From contig MU054220.1 of the NCBI GenBank assembly GCA_013239625.1, positions 62,001 through 126,000 of the forward strand: a stretch of 64,000 bases of DNA, in the 5' to 3' direction. A program made the translations under genes and the position numbers. The notes under the pieces are model-generated. The model was not told the DNA's origin, made no database searches, and was given only the letters and a program-made list of their open reading frames with translations. Positions within the stretch are counted from its first letter, which is position 1. Each line of letters opens with the position of its first letter. This document shows positions 53,142 through 64,000 of the stretch, piece after piece. This DNA is from Lama guanicoe. Its lineage: Eukaryota.

Positions 53142-55559
53142 CATTTTCACCAAAACTGACATTTACTAACTTGTATGTAACAATTCAAATGTGCTTTATC
53201 ATGCAAGAACACAGAAGTATATGAGGAAATCTGAGCAAACTGGAAGAAAGAAGAACAATTTGCATTGTTTTTATTTATTGAATGTTATAAAAGCTTCCTT
53301 TGGATAAAGAGATACTGTACTTTAAATAAAGTGTTTAAAGTCCCTGTGTTACACAACACTATAGAGCTGAAATTATATACAGTATAGAATGGCTCTACGT
53401 GGATCCTTGGTTTTTACCTTAAATTCTACATCTCAAGGCCAGAGGAGCTCCTTCAAACTGTGATATAATATAAAACACAGATAAACATTTTTATATAATC
53501 AAATAGAAATGTGTCTGAATGTCCCTAATAATACACAGATTAAGAACATACCAGAGTAAGGTAGATGGCGAATTAGGTAAGAGAATTATTAAATTTAAAA
53601 TACTGTGAGCCTGAATGTTTTCCTTAAAAAGAATAGAAATTATACTGGTTAGAATAAAAACTACAGTGACAGTGTCTCTGATCTAGAAGAAAATCAATAA
53701 AAACACACAATTTTATAACATTAAATATGAAAGTGATTATATGAAATTTGTATTTAATGCACTTAAAATATTGCTTATAATCTTGTGACCTCATGATAGC
53801 CTGCCTTACCTGGGTGCACACACTCTTCTTATATCAGAAGTATGGGAATGGGTATCAGTAGATAGTCATTTTAGAGAAATGTCTTCAATACATTTATTAA
53901 GAAGCAATATAAACCTTGTTTTTGTTTCTTTGTTTTGTTTTGCAAATATGAAAGGCTGAGAAACATCAGACTTGGTAAATTCCAATTTCCCTGTAAGGTA
54001 AGAAAAGATGAAAGTGATTTTTTTCTCTCTCTTTCTTACAAGCTATAGCGTTCTATAGAAAGACCCAAATAGCTTTTTCATAGTTTAACAACTTTGTTGA
54101 ACACTGATTGTAATTTTTTAAGCTGTACTCCATGAGATAATCGTATCTGCTTTCTGTCAGATCATTTGAAATTGAAAAACATGCTGAACATTCTACCATA
54201 ACCATAAAACTGGGTCCTTAAAAGTCTGCTAATATCTCAGTAATGCTTTTCACATCTCAGTGTGTGGCAGAAGTCCCCTTCTGTCCCTTCAAGGGATCTG
54301 GAAAGACTCATACTTATACATTTATTTAACTAATCATTAAATATTAAATTATAATTGGGGGGTCACAAAAAAGCACTAGAGCACTAATTAACTAAGAATT
54401 TGGGAAGATATCAAAATGAGAGACAAAATATTCACAGCTTCTTAGTTTTGCCAATTTCTGAAAATTCACCTCTCTTTAGTTAGGCTTCGCTTGCTCTCAG
54501 TTTTGGCCTCCATTAGAGACAGAATTGTTTCTGTAAAAGGAATAACATGATGATGTTTCAAAGACACTTTTCTGCATTTAGTCGGTCAACCACTCAAAAA
54601 ATTAATATGAAGAGAAAGGAAGAGGCGTCCTATTCCAGCTCAGGCATGACGGAGTACGGGAAAGCAAAGAGAAGTTCATCAGAAATGGCCTCATTCTTCT
54701 CAGGCTTTGCCATTGGGTTAAAGTGAAATTTTGAAGATGTCACTTTAGCATTGATGGTATTAGAAACTTAAAGGCGTCACATGAAATAGTCCATCATTTT
54801 ACCTGTAATGATGCCTCTGTCTTGACTCCCTCATGTGTTTCTTACACGGCGTAGTGAGAACAGTTTATGGATTTCTTTCCCCTTTGGAGACTCTCCCTGA
54901 GGAAATGCCAAGCAGTTTGTTGGTTATCCCTAAAGTATTGAGAGCACAACAAAATGTCTGGAGATTGTCCTTTAATTGTCACAGGCAATTTGTTTCCAGT
55001 GCCTTTTCTTTCTCTCCTTCCTTTTTCCTTCCTGTCTGTATTCTTTCCTCCCTTCCTCCTTTCTTCCCTGCCTTCCATTTTTCACTCTTGGTTAAACCAA
55101 GCTCCTTTTGTAGCCCTAAGGACACTCGATTAAAGCATTGTGCCTATCGGGCATGCCCGTCAGGAGCCAGCATCTCCACAGTGGTCTTCTCAAACGTATG
55201 ACCTGTAGAAAGATGTAAACACGGCCTTGTTACATTACTTACACATTTTTAAGGAATTAAAATAACACATGATGCTGCTATGAGGTGTTGCATCCTGGCT
55301 TTGTTGCCCATGTAACTGTTTTTACTCGTCCCTCAGAGACAGAAACTAGTCACTGTTACTTCTCATTTCATTTTGACTTTCTCTCATAGGTCTGTTCACC
55401 ACTTCCATGTTGCTGCTTTTCCCCTTGACTGCACAGTGCACCATTAGTTGTTCCATTCTGTGCAGCCCCATTCCAGTACAGACCTAGTCCATCACCACAA
55501 GTGCCCTTGCCATGGAATTACTCCCAAAGACAGCCTAAGAAAGCAAAGACCTTCATGTG

Positions 55560-56308
55560 CTTGCAGCCGTAGAAGCACTAATCTGAGATAACAGGTAGGC
55601 GACAGTGGGATGGGACTGTCCCAGCACTAAGAAGGCAATTATGATCGAAATGACAAAGTCCCCTTATGGACCAAAACTTTTTCTTGAGACTAACTTTCCG
55701 AAGAAAAAAAGTGCTGCCTGTCATTTCACGTCTCCGGCCCCAGGCAGTCAGCCTCCCAATGCAAGCCAGACATCCTGCACCCTCAGCTGGCAGAAACCTG
55801 GGGGGACATTCCCGCTGGTTACAAGCTCTCAGGACACATAAAAAGGAGTCTGGGGCCAAATGACATCCTTCCAAGTCCAGTGACTCCCTTTCCTGGGCTC
55901 TCAGGTGTCTGCCTGTGACCCCCCAACACAGAAGTACATTCTTTACTTGGCGTTTGTGCCCCAACAAACTAACAGCCCTGGGTAACGCCTAACCTCACAG
56001 CTGCTCAGGCTGGCCTGTTTCAGCCCACCTTATGAGAGTCATAAACCCCACCGCCCTTCTCAGACCCTAAATGTCTTACCTCTCCTACAACCAATCAGAG
56101 CCTTGTGTGCAAGCTGATCAGGCACCTGTGACCCTCCCCTGTGAAAGACCCCGGGAGCTGGCCCTCGGTGCTCACACAGGCCCCTCTCATCTGTGTGGCT
56201 GCTGTCGTCTCCGACTGCTCCCTTCGTAAACTCCTTCACTCTTCTCCTCCTTCATCTTTGGTAGATTCTTTGACCTCCAGAGACACCGGCCCGCTGTGTT
56301 CCCCAACA
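55560..56308 (+). mobile_element. ERV LTR (5' boundary uncertain)
   Basis: GC-rich block with ccaatcaga and a U5-like end ctttgacctccagagacaccggccc...ccccaaca. Confidence 0.6.
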
Positions 56309-56313
56309 AGGAG

Positions 56314-57180
56314 TGTTGCTGAACGCAAGTTCTTGTGCCCGACGCACAGTGAGGCCAAACCGGCCCAAACACTGGGGTCTGGAGCAGATCTGTTGCAGGG
56401 CCGAGCAAGGAGGACTGGTGGCTCATGCTCAGAAGATGTGAAACTCCCCGGCAGTTTGCAGGGAAGAGTTTTTATAGGTAAAACTGGAGGGAGAGCCACG
56501 GGGTGTGTGGCCCTTCTCTGATTGGTTGGTGGCGAGGTAACAGGTGTTCTAGGAACCTTGCGCTCAGCCTGAATTTGCCTTCCTCCACCTGGGTGGGGGC
56601 CTTAGTTCCTGCAGAGGAACACAAAGGTACATTACTATCTGCGTATGCCCCTTGAGGAGGAACCAGGACCCTGCTTATCTGTGCACTGTTGTTTCTTGGC
56701 TGCTTCTCCTTTGTGTCTGTTCCCTCACTTCCCTGGATCGACTCTACCCTTTGGAACCCAGGGAAGGTCTAGGAGGCTGAAGCCTTTTCCCTACAAACAT
56801 GGGATGTGGGAAACAGAAAGGCTTTTGTATCCAAGAGGGACCCACTGGGTCTTGCTCTGTTTTAAGAGACCCTCATTTATAGATTTTCCTCCTTATGACA
56901 AACAACACAAAAGACAGAGACAAAGAAAAACAATAAATATTTCCGGGAAGCTAACAATCGGTAATAACCAAAGGGCATCCAGAACCAAATTCACACGGGT
57001 CACAACTCAAGGAACTAATTCTGAGAAATTCATTTTCTCATGTCCGAATTTGGAAAAGAAGGGACCAGAGGAAAAACTTTGCCTTCCTCTCTTAACCTGT
57101 CACTGCAGGCAGAGAGCTGAGAGAATGATGTGGCAAGAATACTTACCTTTGATGGCTTTAGATCACAGGAAAAACTTACG
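56314..57180 (-). mobile_element. ERV1-type LTR (56314 to about 56863) plus an ERV leader-like fragment
   Basis: tgttgctgaacgcaagttc start, tttatag and ctgattggttggt (TATA/CCAAT on the - strand), and a cttacctt donor-like motif downstream. Confidence 0.65.
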
Positions 57181-57189
57181 TGCTTATTT

Positions 57190-59340
57190 ATCATCTTTAT
57201 ATGTTATTTGACAAAGCAATTGTTCAATGTTTTACCCATTCTGGAGGTATGATTATTTACTATTATTTTTTTGTGATTTCTCTATATATTATGGAACAAG
57301 CCTTTGATGAAATAGATTACCTGAAAATAATGTTTTCCAGAATATAATTTGTTTTTACATCCTCTTAAGTGTATCTTTTGAAGAATAAAAGGTTTAATTT
57401 TGAAGTTTTCTAATGTATCAGATTTTTATTTTATTGATTTTACTTTCGTTGTTTTATCAAAGAAGTCTTTACATTTCCCAAAGTCATGAATATTTTCTAC
57501 TATGTTTTCTTCTGGGAAATTTTTAGACTTTTCAGTACTACATTTACTTCCATGATACTTTTTTTGTGAATCTTTGTTTGAGTTATAGATCAAAGTTCAG
57601 TATTTTGCATATGTATATCTAATTAGTCTGTCCCCATTTGTTGAAAAGTTTATCCTTTCTCCATGAAACTGCCCTTTTTCTTTTGCCTTGTAGAAAATTT
57701 GTTGCTCATACAGGCATGAGTCTGTTTCAGGTCTATCAATCTTGTTTCATTGATCTGTTTGTCATTTCTTATACCAGTACCACTTTTAAAAAATAGCTAT
57801 AGCTTTGGAATATGACTAGACACTATTTAGTGTTCTCTTAGTGTTTGCATTACAACGTTACTTCTCTTTTTAAAGTTAATTAAGCTGTTCTAGGTTTTTT
57901 TACATTCATTTATATATTTTGGTTTCAGCTTCTCAATTCCTACCAAAAAAAAAACAACGCTTGTTTGGATTTTTATTGGGCATTAAGAAAAATGTAGTAT
58001 TTTAACAATATTGAACAACCCAGCAAATAATTATGGTATGGCTCTCATTTATTTCGTGTTAGTCTTCTTTAATGTTTTTCAGAAATGTTTCCTAATTTTT
58101 AGCATACAGGCCTTACAATTTTTTTTCAGATTTATCTTTAAGTATTTTATAGTTTTGATACATTTGTAATAGGTACTTGAAAATTCCACCTCTAATTTTT
58201 GATTGCTTGTGTACAGAAATTTAAAAAAAAATTGTGTGCGGATCTTTCTTTTGAAATCATGCTAAATTCACATTTTAGTTCAATTTTTTCTACAGATTCC
58301 GTTAGATTTCCACCTCTATCATCTTGCTCTGTATCAATAAATACAGTTTAACTTCCCGCGTTCCAATCTGACTTTTTCTCTTCTTTTTCCTTGCCATATT
58401 GTGTTGGGCATGTCAACTAAAAAAAAAAAAAAAAAAAAAAGCAAAACCTAAAAATTGAGAATTCTGTTTCACTCAGCAGACTTGCTGAGGACCTAAGCCT
58501 GAAAGACAGCCTCTCAGATAATTCTGAGGAACTGTTCTGAAGTTAAGGAAAGAGCTAATACATACAGGTTTTGGTAACAAAAACCAGGTAGTCAGGAACA
58601 GCAAAAGATTACTTTGAGTTAAAGAAAAACAAACACTTCAAATGAATGAACTTAGTGCTTTCCTATGTGTGGGAAAGATGCCGGAGGCTGCGCTCATTGA
58701 AATCATTACTTTGATGTGCACCTTCACTACTTATGGCCAGTATCCTGCTCTTCTCCATCCCGAGTCCCCTCAGGGCACACAGCTAGGAGTGGCTGCAGAG
58801 TCCCCTCAGGGCACACAGCTAGGCGTGGCTGCAGTGCCTGATGGCTTGATGGCTGCACCATCCTTTGTTTGCTGATATGGCAGGGGACAGCCTCATTGAC
58901 AGATATAACCTCCGGTACCATTTGAATGTAGTTGAAAAGAACAGGCTTACTTGCCTTGGTTCTGATTTAGTGAAAATGTATTTGAGTTTTTAATATGATA
59001 TGTGACGTTCCCTGCGGGTCTTTCACTGGTTCCTTTTATCAGTTTTAGGGAGTTCCATTTATTCTAGTCTGGTCAAAGATTTTATTCCTGAAACATATTG
59101 AAACTGTAAAATGTTTTGCTGAATTTACTGAGATGTCAGAAAATTTTTCCTTTTTCCTTTCTTAATATGGTAATTTTAATTTTGAATGATAACGCCCATT
59201 TCTGGGATAAGGCTAACATGGTACACTGTTGTTTCTACATATTGCTAGATTCAATTTGCTAGAATTTTTATTAAAATTGTTGCATAATGGGCATAACTTA
59301 TACTGCTGTGTTTTCTTATAATGCTATGTTATATTCTAAT
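57190..59340 (-). mobile_element. Old L1 ORF2 3' portion, interrupted by the LTR at 58411-58901
   Basis: ccatttgttgaaaag, cttataccagtaccac, ggatttttattggg and cttgccttggttctgattt are typical antisense L1 ORF2 motifs. Confidence 0.85.
58411..58901 (-). mobile_element. ERV1-type solo LTR, same family as 13577-14067
   Basis: TG...CA; aligns to the reverse complement of 13577-14067 and contains a 36-bp tandem duplication. Confidence 0.8.
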
Positions 59341-59847
59341 ATTCTTCACAATATCAAATGAAACATTTCAGTTGTGTTCCAATTTCTGATTTAATTTTTA
59401 CATTTTGTGTAAAAATATACAACTTACTAAGATAAATTACATGTGTACTTAATAATGAAATAGAAAATAACCTTTAAAATGGATAATATATAATAACAAA
59501 ATTTGTAAATTTTGAAACATTTTGGTCTTCCTTATGGTTTATCATTTGAAGGAGTATAAAAGTCACACCAAGATTTATTTTAGAAATGAGAGATTTGGCT
59601 ATGTTTAGTCATAGTTTATTTGTTTTTCAAATCCACATATTAGAGGCTTTTTTTTCTTTCTTTTACAAGAATGTTAATAAATAATCACTGAAAATAACTT
59701 GAGGACATGACTAAAAAAATATTAATTAAACATTTTCATAATCATAGCAGTCACCAACAACTACTGTTAACATTTCACTGTATATCTGTCCAATGTACAT
59801 TTTCTGGAAACCAAAAGTTATTTGTCTACATTTACATTTGCAAAGGT

Positions 59848-60356
59848 TGTTGCAGCAAAACCAGCCTCTGGGCCCTGATGGCCAGATGAAGACTTGGAGA
59901 CAGAGTTTTGGGGAAAAAAAGAACAGCTTTATTGCTTCGCCAGGCAAATGCCTTAGAAACTGTGCATCTGTCTTGGAGTTAAGGCCTTGAAGTTTTAAAG
60001 AAAAACTAGATGCAACAGAAAAGGTAATAACAACCAGGAGACTTACAAAGCGCTGCTACACTTTTCTTAACCTTGATGAATCTTTCTGGCATCATGGGGG
60101 AACCTTGGAGAGTCCAACCATTCTTCTGAGATTATCTATCAGCTCATGAGCTTCTTCCTGGAGTGTAGCCTCTGGATTAAAACTGTTGTAAAGAATGTAG
60201 GAGAGAAATTTGGGGATTGCTTAGCACAAGCAGTAAGGGAGAGAGAGCAAATTCCTGGATTTCCTGGAAAGAATCCACAAACAGTTTTAACATCAGGGAA
60301 GTTAGTTCATTTCCTACTCCTTCAAGTTTATCCTCAGTACATATTTTTTCTTAACA
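59848..60356 (-). mobile_element. ERV1-type solo LTR
   Basis: TG...CA; ggagacagagttttgggg...agctttattgct contains AATAAA on the - strand. Confidence 0.7.
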
Positions 60357-61019
60357 ATTAAAGTAATCAACTATTTAAACACTTTATTATTATTTAATCT
60401 AATTTGCAAATATACATGTAATTTTTTAATTCCAATGATTTATTCTTATTCAAATTTGATTGACTACATAGAAGATTTAATTCCACGATGGTGGACAATC
60501 AGTCCAGTCTCTCTATTATGTAAATAAAGTTTCATAAATGTTAAAGATATTAAAATTAAACAAAAAGGTGGAAATTTACAAGGGCTAGAAGATATTTTGT
60601 TCAGAAACATAATATATGAATACAATTGCTGCATATCTTACTACATTTTCACTAGAAATATAATGTAGATCAAATCATGGGATTTTCTCCTTTGCTTCCT
60701 ACAGGGAGTTTATCAAACCAAGACAGTCAAACACTAGATCCTAATAAAAGACATTGCACACTTATAGGAAACAGTATTTAACCCAATAAGAAGCAACAAA
60801 CCTAGTTCAACTTAGAGTAGACCTCTCATGCAAAGATACAAAAATGATGAAAAAACAATTTTAATCAAGAAGTATTTTTGTTTTTCAGAGAGATAAGGAA
60901 ATGTAGCAATCCTATTAGACACAAACAAACAGTTAGAAATCAAGATTCCTATGAAATGTAAATAAACATTTTTAAAATTGGAAGCTTCCATGGAGGACCT
61001 CAAGAAATTTCTTTTTACT

Positions 61020-61235
61020 TTCTTCCAGCTTTACTGACATAATTGACAGATAATATGATGTAAGTTTAATCAAACATGTTGCTTTGACACACTTATATAG
61101 TGCAATATGATTACAATTTAGCATTAGCTAACATCTCAGATCACATGATTACCATTTCTTTTTTGTGGTGAGAATTTTTAAGACCTATTCTCTTAACAAC
61201 TTTCCAGTACACAGCACAGTACTGTTAATTACAAT
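61020..61235 (-). mobile_element. L1 3' end fragment
   Basis: ccagctttactgac...ttttgtggtgagaattttta...tacacagcacagta. Confidence 0.7.
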
Positions 61236-61985
61236 CAAGAAAACTTATCTTAATTGGTATTTCCACTGCTATAGAGACACAGACTGACAGATTACAAAGA
61301 CGTCATGATGACTTTTGTGAGTTACTAGATCCCAGAGTAAGTTGAGCTAACAGACTTTGCAGGACATAGACATGAAAACAACTGCACTGATGAGAATAGA
61401 ACAAGATCCTAAGATCCTCCATGTGGTATGGGAGCATCTGAACAAATTCAGATGATTGATGTGTTCAAATCATTACACTACAATGAGCCTCTTTGAAACC
61501 ACAATAAGTTCAAGCTTAACACATACCTTAGTAGTATGAAGCCAAAACAGAATGGAGCACTTACACAAAAACACATGCACCTGCCCAAATATACATGTAG
61601 ACACTGGGAAGTTTATTCTAATAGTTGAAAATAACATTAATCATCTGAACTCCCCTTTTGTACCTACTATTCATCCTTACGCCCACCTGGTATACCCAAT
61701 CTCCTTATCTGCTCTTAGAGTCTGTAATGTCCTTATGCATTCTGAGGTATGATAAAATTTACTTAATTATATTTATAATTCATCTTTCCTCATCAAGGAA
61801 GGCAGACAGTGTTTGCAGTTTTGTGTGCTAATGTATGTACAATGCATAGATGTGTGACTGGCACATAGAAGACCATCTCTGTATGGGTTTTGAACATATT
61901 TGTGCTTATTACTCCTTTTGGAGACACACGGAGCAAAGTTTGAAGCCTGCAACCTAATGCACAGGATTCCTACAGTACATAAACT

Positions 61986-62938
61986 TTAAGAGAAAACATT
62001 GCATAGTTTTTTCCACGTCCTTTGTAGGGCACATTTTACATCTTTGTTCCTCAAGCTATAGATCAAGGGATTTAACATGGGGATGACAAGGGTGTAAAAT
62101 ATGGAAGCCACTTTATCAGTGTCAAAGGAATGACTGGACTCTGGTTGCACATACATAAATATCATAGTCCTGTAGAACACTGTGACCACTGTCAGGTGGG
62201 ACCTACAGGTAGAGAAAGCCTTGTGCCGACTTTCAGTAGAGTTCATCTTGAGAACAGATTCAAGAATAAGCAGGTAAGACACAAGAACTATCAGAAGGGA
62301 GAAAATCAAATTAAAACCTGCTAAGATCAGAATAATCAGTTCAATTTCANNNNNNNNNNNNNNNNNNNNNNNNNNNNNNNNNNNNNNNNNNNNNNNNNNN
62401 NNNNNNNNNNTAGAAATGCTACATTGTAGCCACAGAAGGATAAATTAAATATCTTTACAGTGACTAGGAGAGAAACAAATGTGCAATAGAGATAGGGGAT
62501 TGCCACCAGCACCTGACACACCCTTTGTGATGTGACGACTGTGTAGAGCAGAGGGTTACAGATGGCCACATAGCGATCATAGGACATTGCCGACAGAATG
62601 AAAAGTTCACTAATGATGAACACAAGAAAGAAAGCTAGTTGTGTAGCACAGAGATAATAGGAGATTTTATTTTGATCTGCAACAAAATTTACCAACATTT
62701 TGGGGCCCACTGTTGTTGAATAACCCAGATCAGTAAAAGCTAGGTGTCTGAGGAAGAAGTACATGGGTGTCTGTAGCCCAGAGTCCACCTTGGTGAGGAT
62801 GACCATGCCCAAGTTGCCCACCACTGAGATCATGTAGATGACGAGGAAGAGCCCAAATAACGGAGCCTGCAGCTCAGGGCGGTCTGTGATGCCCATGAGA
62901 ATGAATTCGCTCGGCACTGTTTGATTGTAGTTTTCCAT
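61986..62938 (-). pseudogene. Second OR8K3-like gene, split by an assembly gap; probable pseudogene
   Basis: ORFs 62336-62938 and 61986-62309 are the two halves of one OR. There is an apparent 5-nt deletion beside the gap, and three conserved glycines are replaced (ESR, CRSH, FYRT). Confidence 0.75.
62350..62410. other. Assembly gap (61 N)
   Basis: Run of N seen directly. Confidence 1.
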
Positions 62939-63138
62939 TCAGACTTATTAGAGAAGGTATTCTGAATAGAGACATCAGCATAGTCAATAGATTTTATGAA
63001 TTATCTCCTCAGAGATGTGTTAGTATGCAAAGCTAGTGTGAATAAGATTCATTTAAACATTCCAGGTTAGAATATTTGAAAATAGATTCATCTGCCAGAC
63101 ATTAAAATCTAGAGATAGAAAAAAATATGGAAATAGAT

Positions 63139-63289
63139 CAGTGGTTCTCTACTGGAGTGATTTTACTCCTCAGATAATATCTACTGGTTTGAGGCCAGTT
63201 AAGCTGTTCAGTATTTTACTGTATTTACTATCCAAACTGTAACAATATTCAGCCAGTGGTCACAATAGTATCAAAGCTGAGAAACCCTG
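63139..63289 (-). mobile_element. MER20-like MITE upstream of OR8K3-like copy 2
   Basis: cagtggttctc...caatagtatcaaagctgagaaaccctg, at the same relative position as 51927-52120. Confidence 0.65.
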
Positions 63290-64000
63290 ATGATATACAT
63301 ATAGACATATAGAGAGAGACAGACAGACAGAGTTACATAAATATGGATAACAAAACAAAAAAGAAAACACAATAAAACAATGTTAAACCTTCAGATATTG
63401 AATATATGGGCAGTTATTTAACCATTCTTTAAAATTTTCCTTTTACTATTTATATAGTACAATCACATAATGACATTTATAAAATGCATCAATAATAGAA
63501 CATAATACATATGACAATTATATAATACAAATTTCAAACCACAAATTCCAAAAGTCCATTTAACCCACTACTCAAAACATAGTCCTATGAAAGATCGTTT
63601 ACTTTCAGGTGGTACTTGCTGAAAAGTTAGTGCTTGGCAGATACGGATAAGTGTATGAATAAGCAAAGTATAATGGGTCTCAGTGGGGATTATTTTTGTT
63701 TATATGGTGAAACATACTGGGAAATATGTGTATGTAAATACAGTTTCTGCCATACCTTTATGTATGGTATAGACAAAGGGTTAATTGGGCAAATAGTGTA
63801 AATTATCTAAAACTGTTTATTCTCCTATACAAAGCAAAGTATTTTGCAGGGTCGTTGGAAAGGATAAAGATTCCATGATTCAATGAGTCTCTGTTACCTG
63901 GAAGTATTTTTCAAATGTCAAATATATAGTTCTTTGTTTTTTTCTTTTTTAATAGTGATGGTAACTCTCCTGGAAAAGGTTTTATATATAAATTGATTCT

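Noticed and set aside
55578..57211. Cluster of 65-188 aa ORFs
   Set aside because: They lie in GC-richer LTR sequence, and no gag/pol/env motifs are recognisable.
58762..58833. CRISPR-like 36-bp repeat
   Set aside because: Two directly adjacent copies with no spacer, in mammalian LTR DNA.
1..64000. Prokaryotic-type novel system (defence, CRISPR, operon) or a Greek-island OR enhancer
   Set aside because: The sequence is a mammalian OR cluster. I could not identify a convincing Lhx2/Ebf composite motif cluster without a PWM scan or conservation data.

Overview
This is eukaryotic (mammalian) genomic DNA, probably camelid, judged from a Vic-1-like tRNA-derived SINE and a young L1 3' end. It is part of a class II olfactory receptor (OR) cluster of families OR5/OR8, like human 11q12. 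Six OR genes have intact single-exon CDSs: OR8U1-, OR8J-, OR8K1-, OR8K5-, OR5J- and OR8K3-like. There is also a truncated OR5J2-like pseudogene and a second OR8K3-like gene that is split by a 61-N gap and shows decay. The intergenic DNA is AT-rich and full of L1/L2/MIR, MaLR/ERV solo LTRs and DNA-transposon fossils. I see no evidence of a wholly new biological system. The most interesting signals are evolutionary: patchy gene conversion in two OR paralogue pairs that spares TM3, two different LTRs apparently at the same 4-bp target site, and a frameshifted OR8J tail. Gene and repeat names come from recalled sequences, not database searches, and mismatch counts are by hand.
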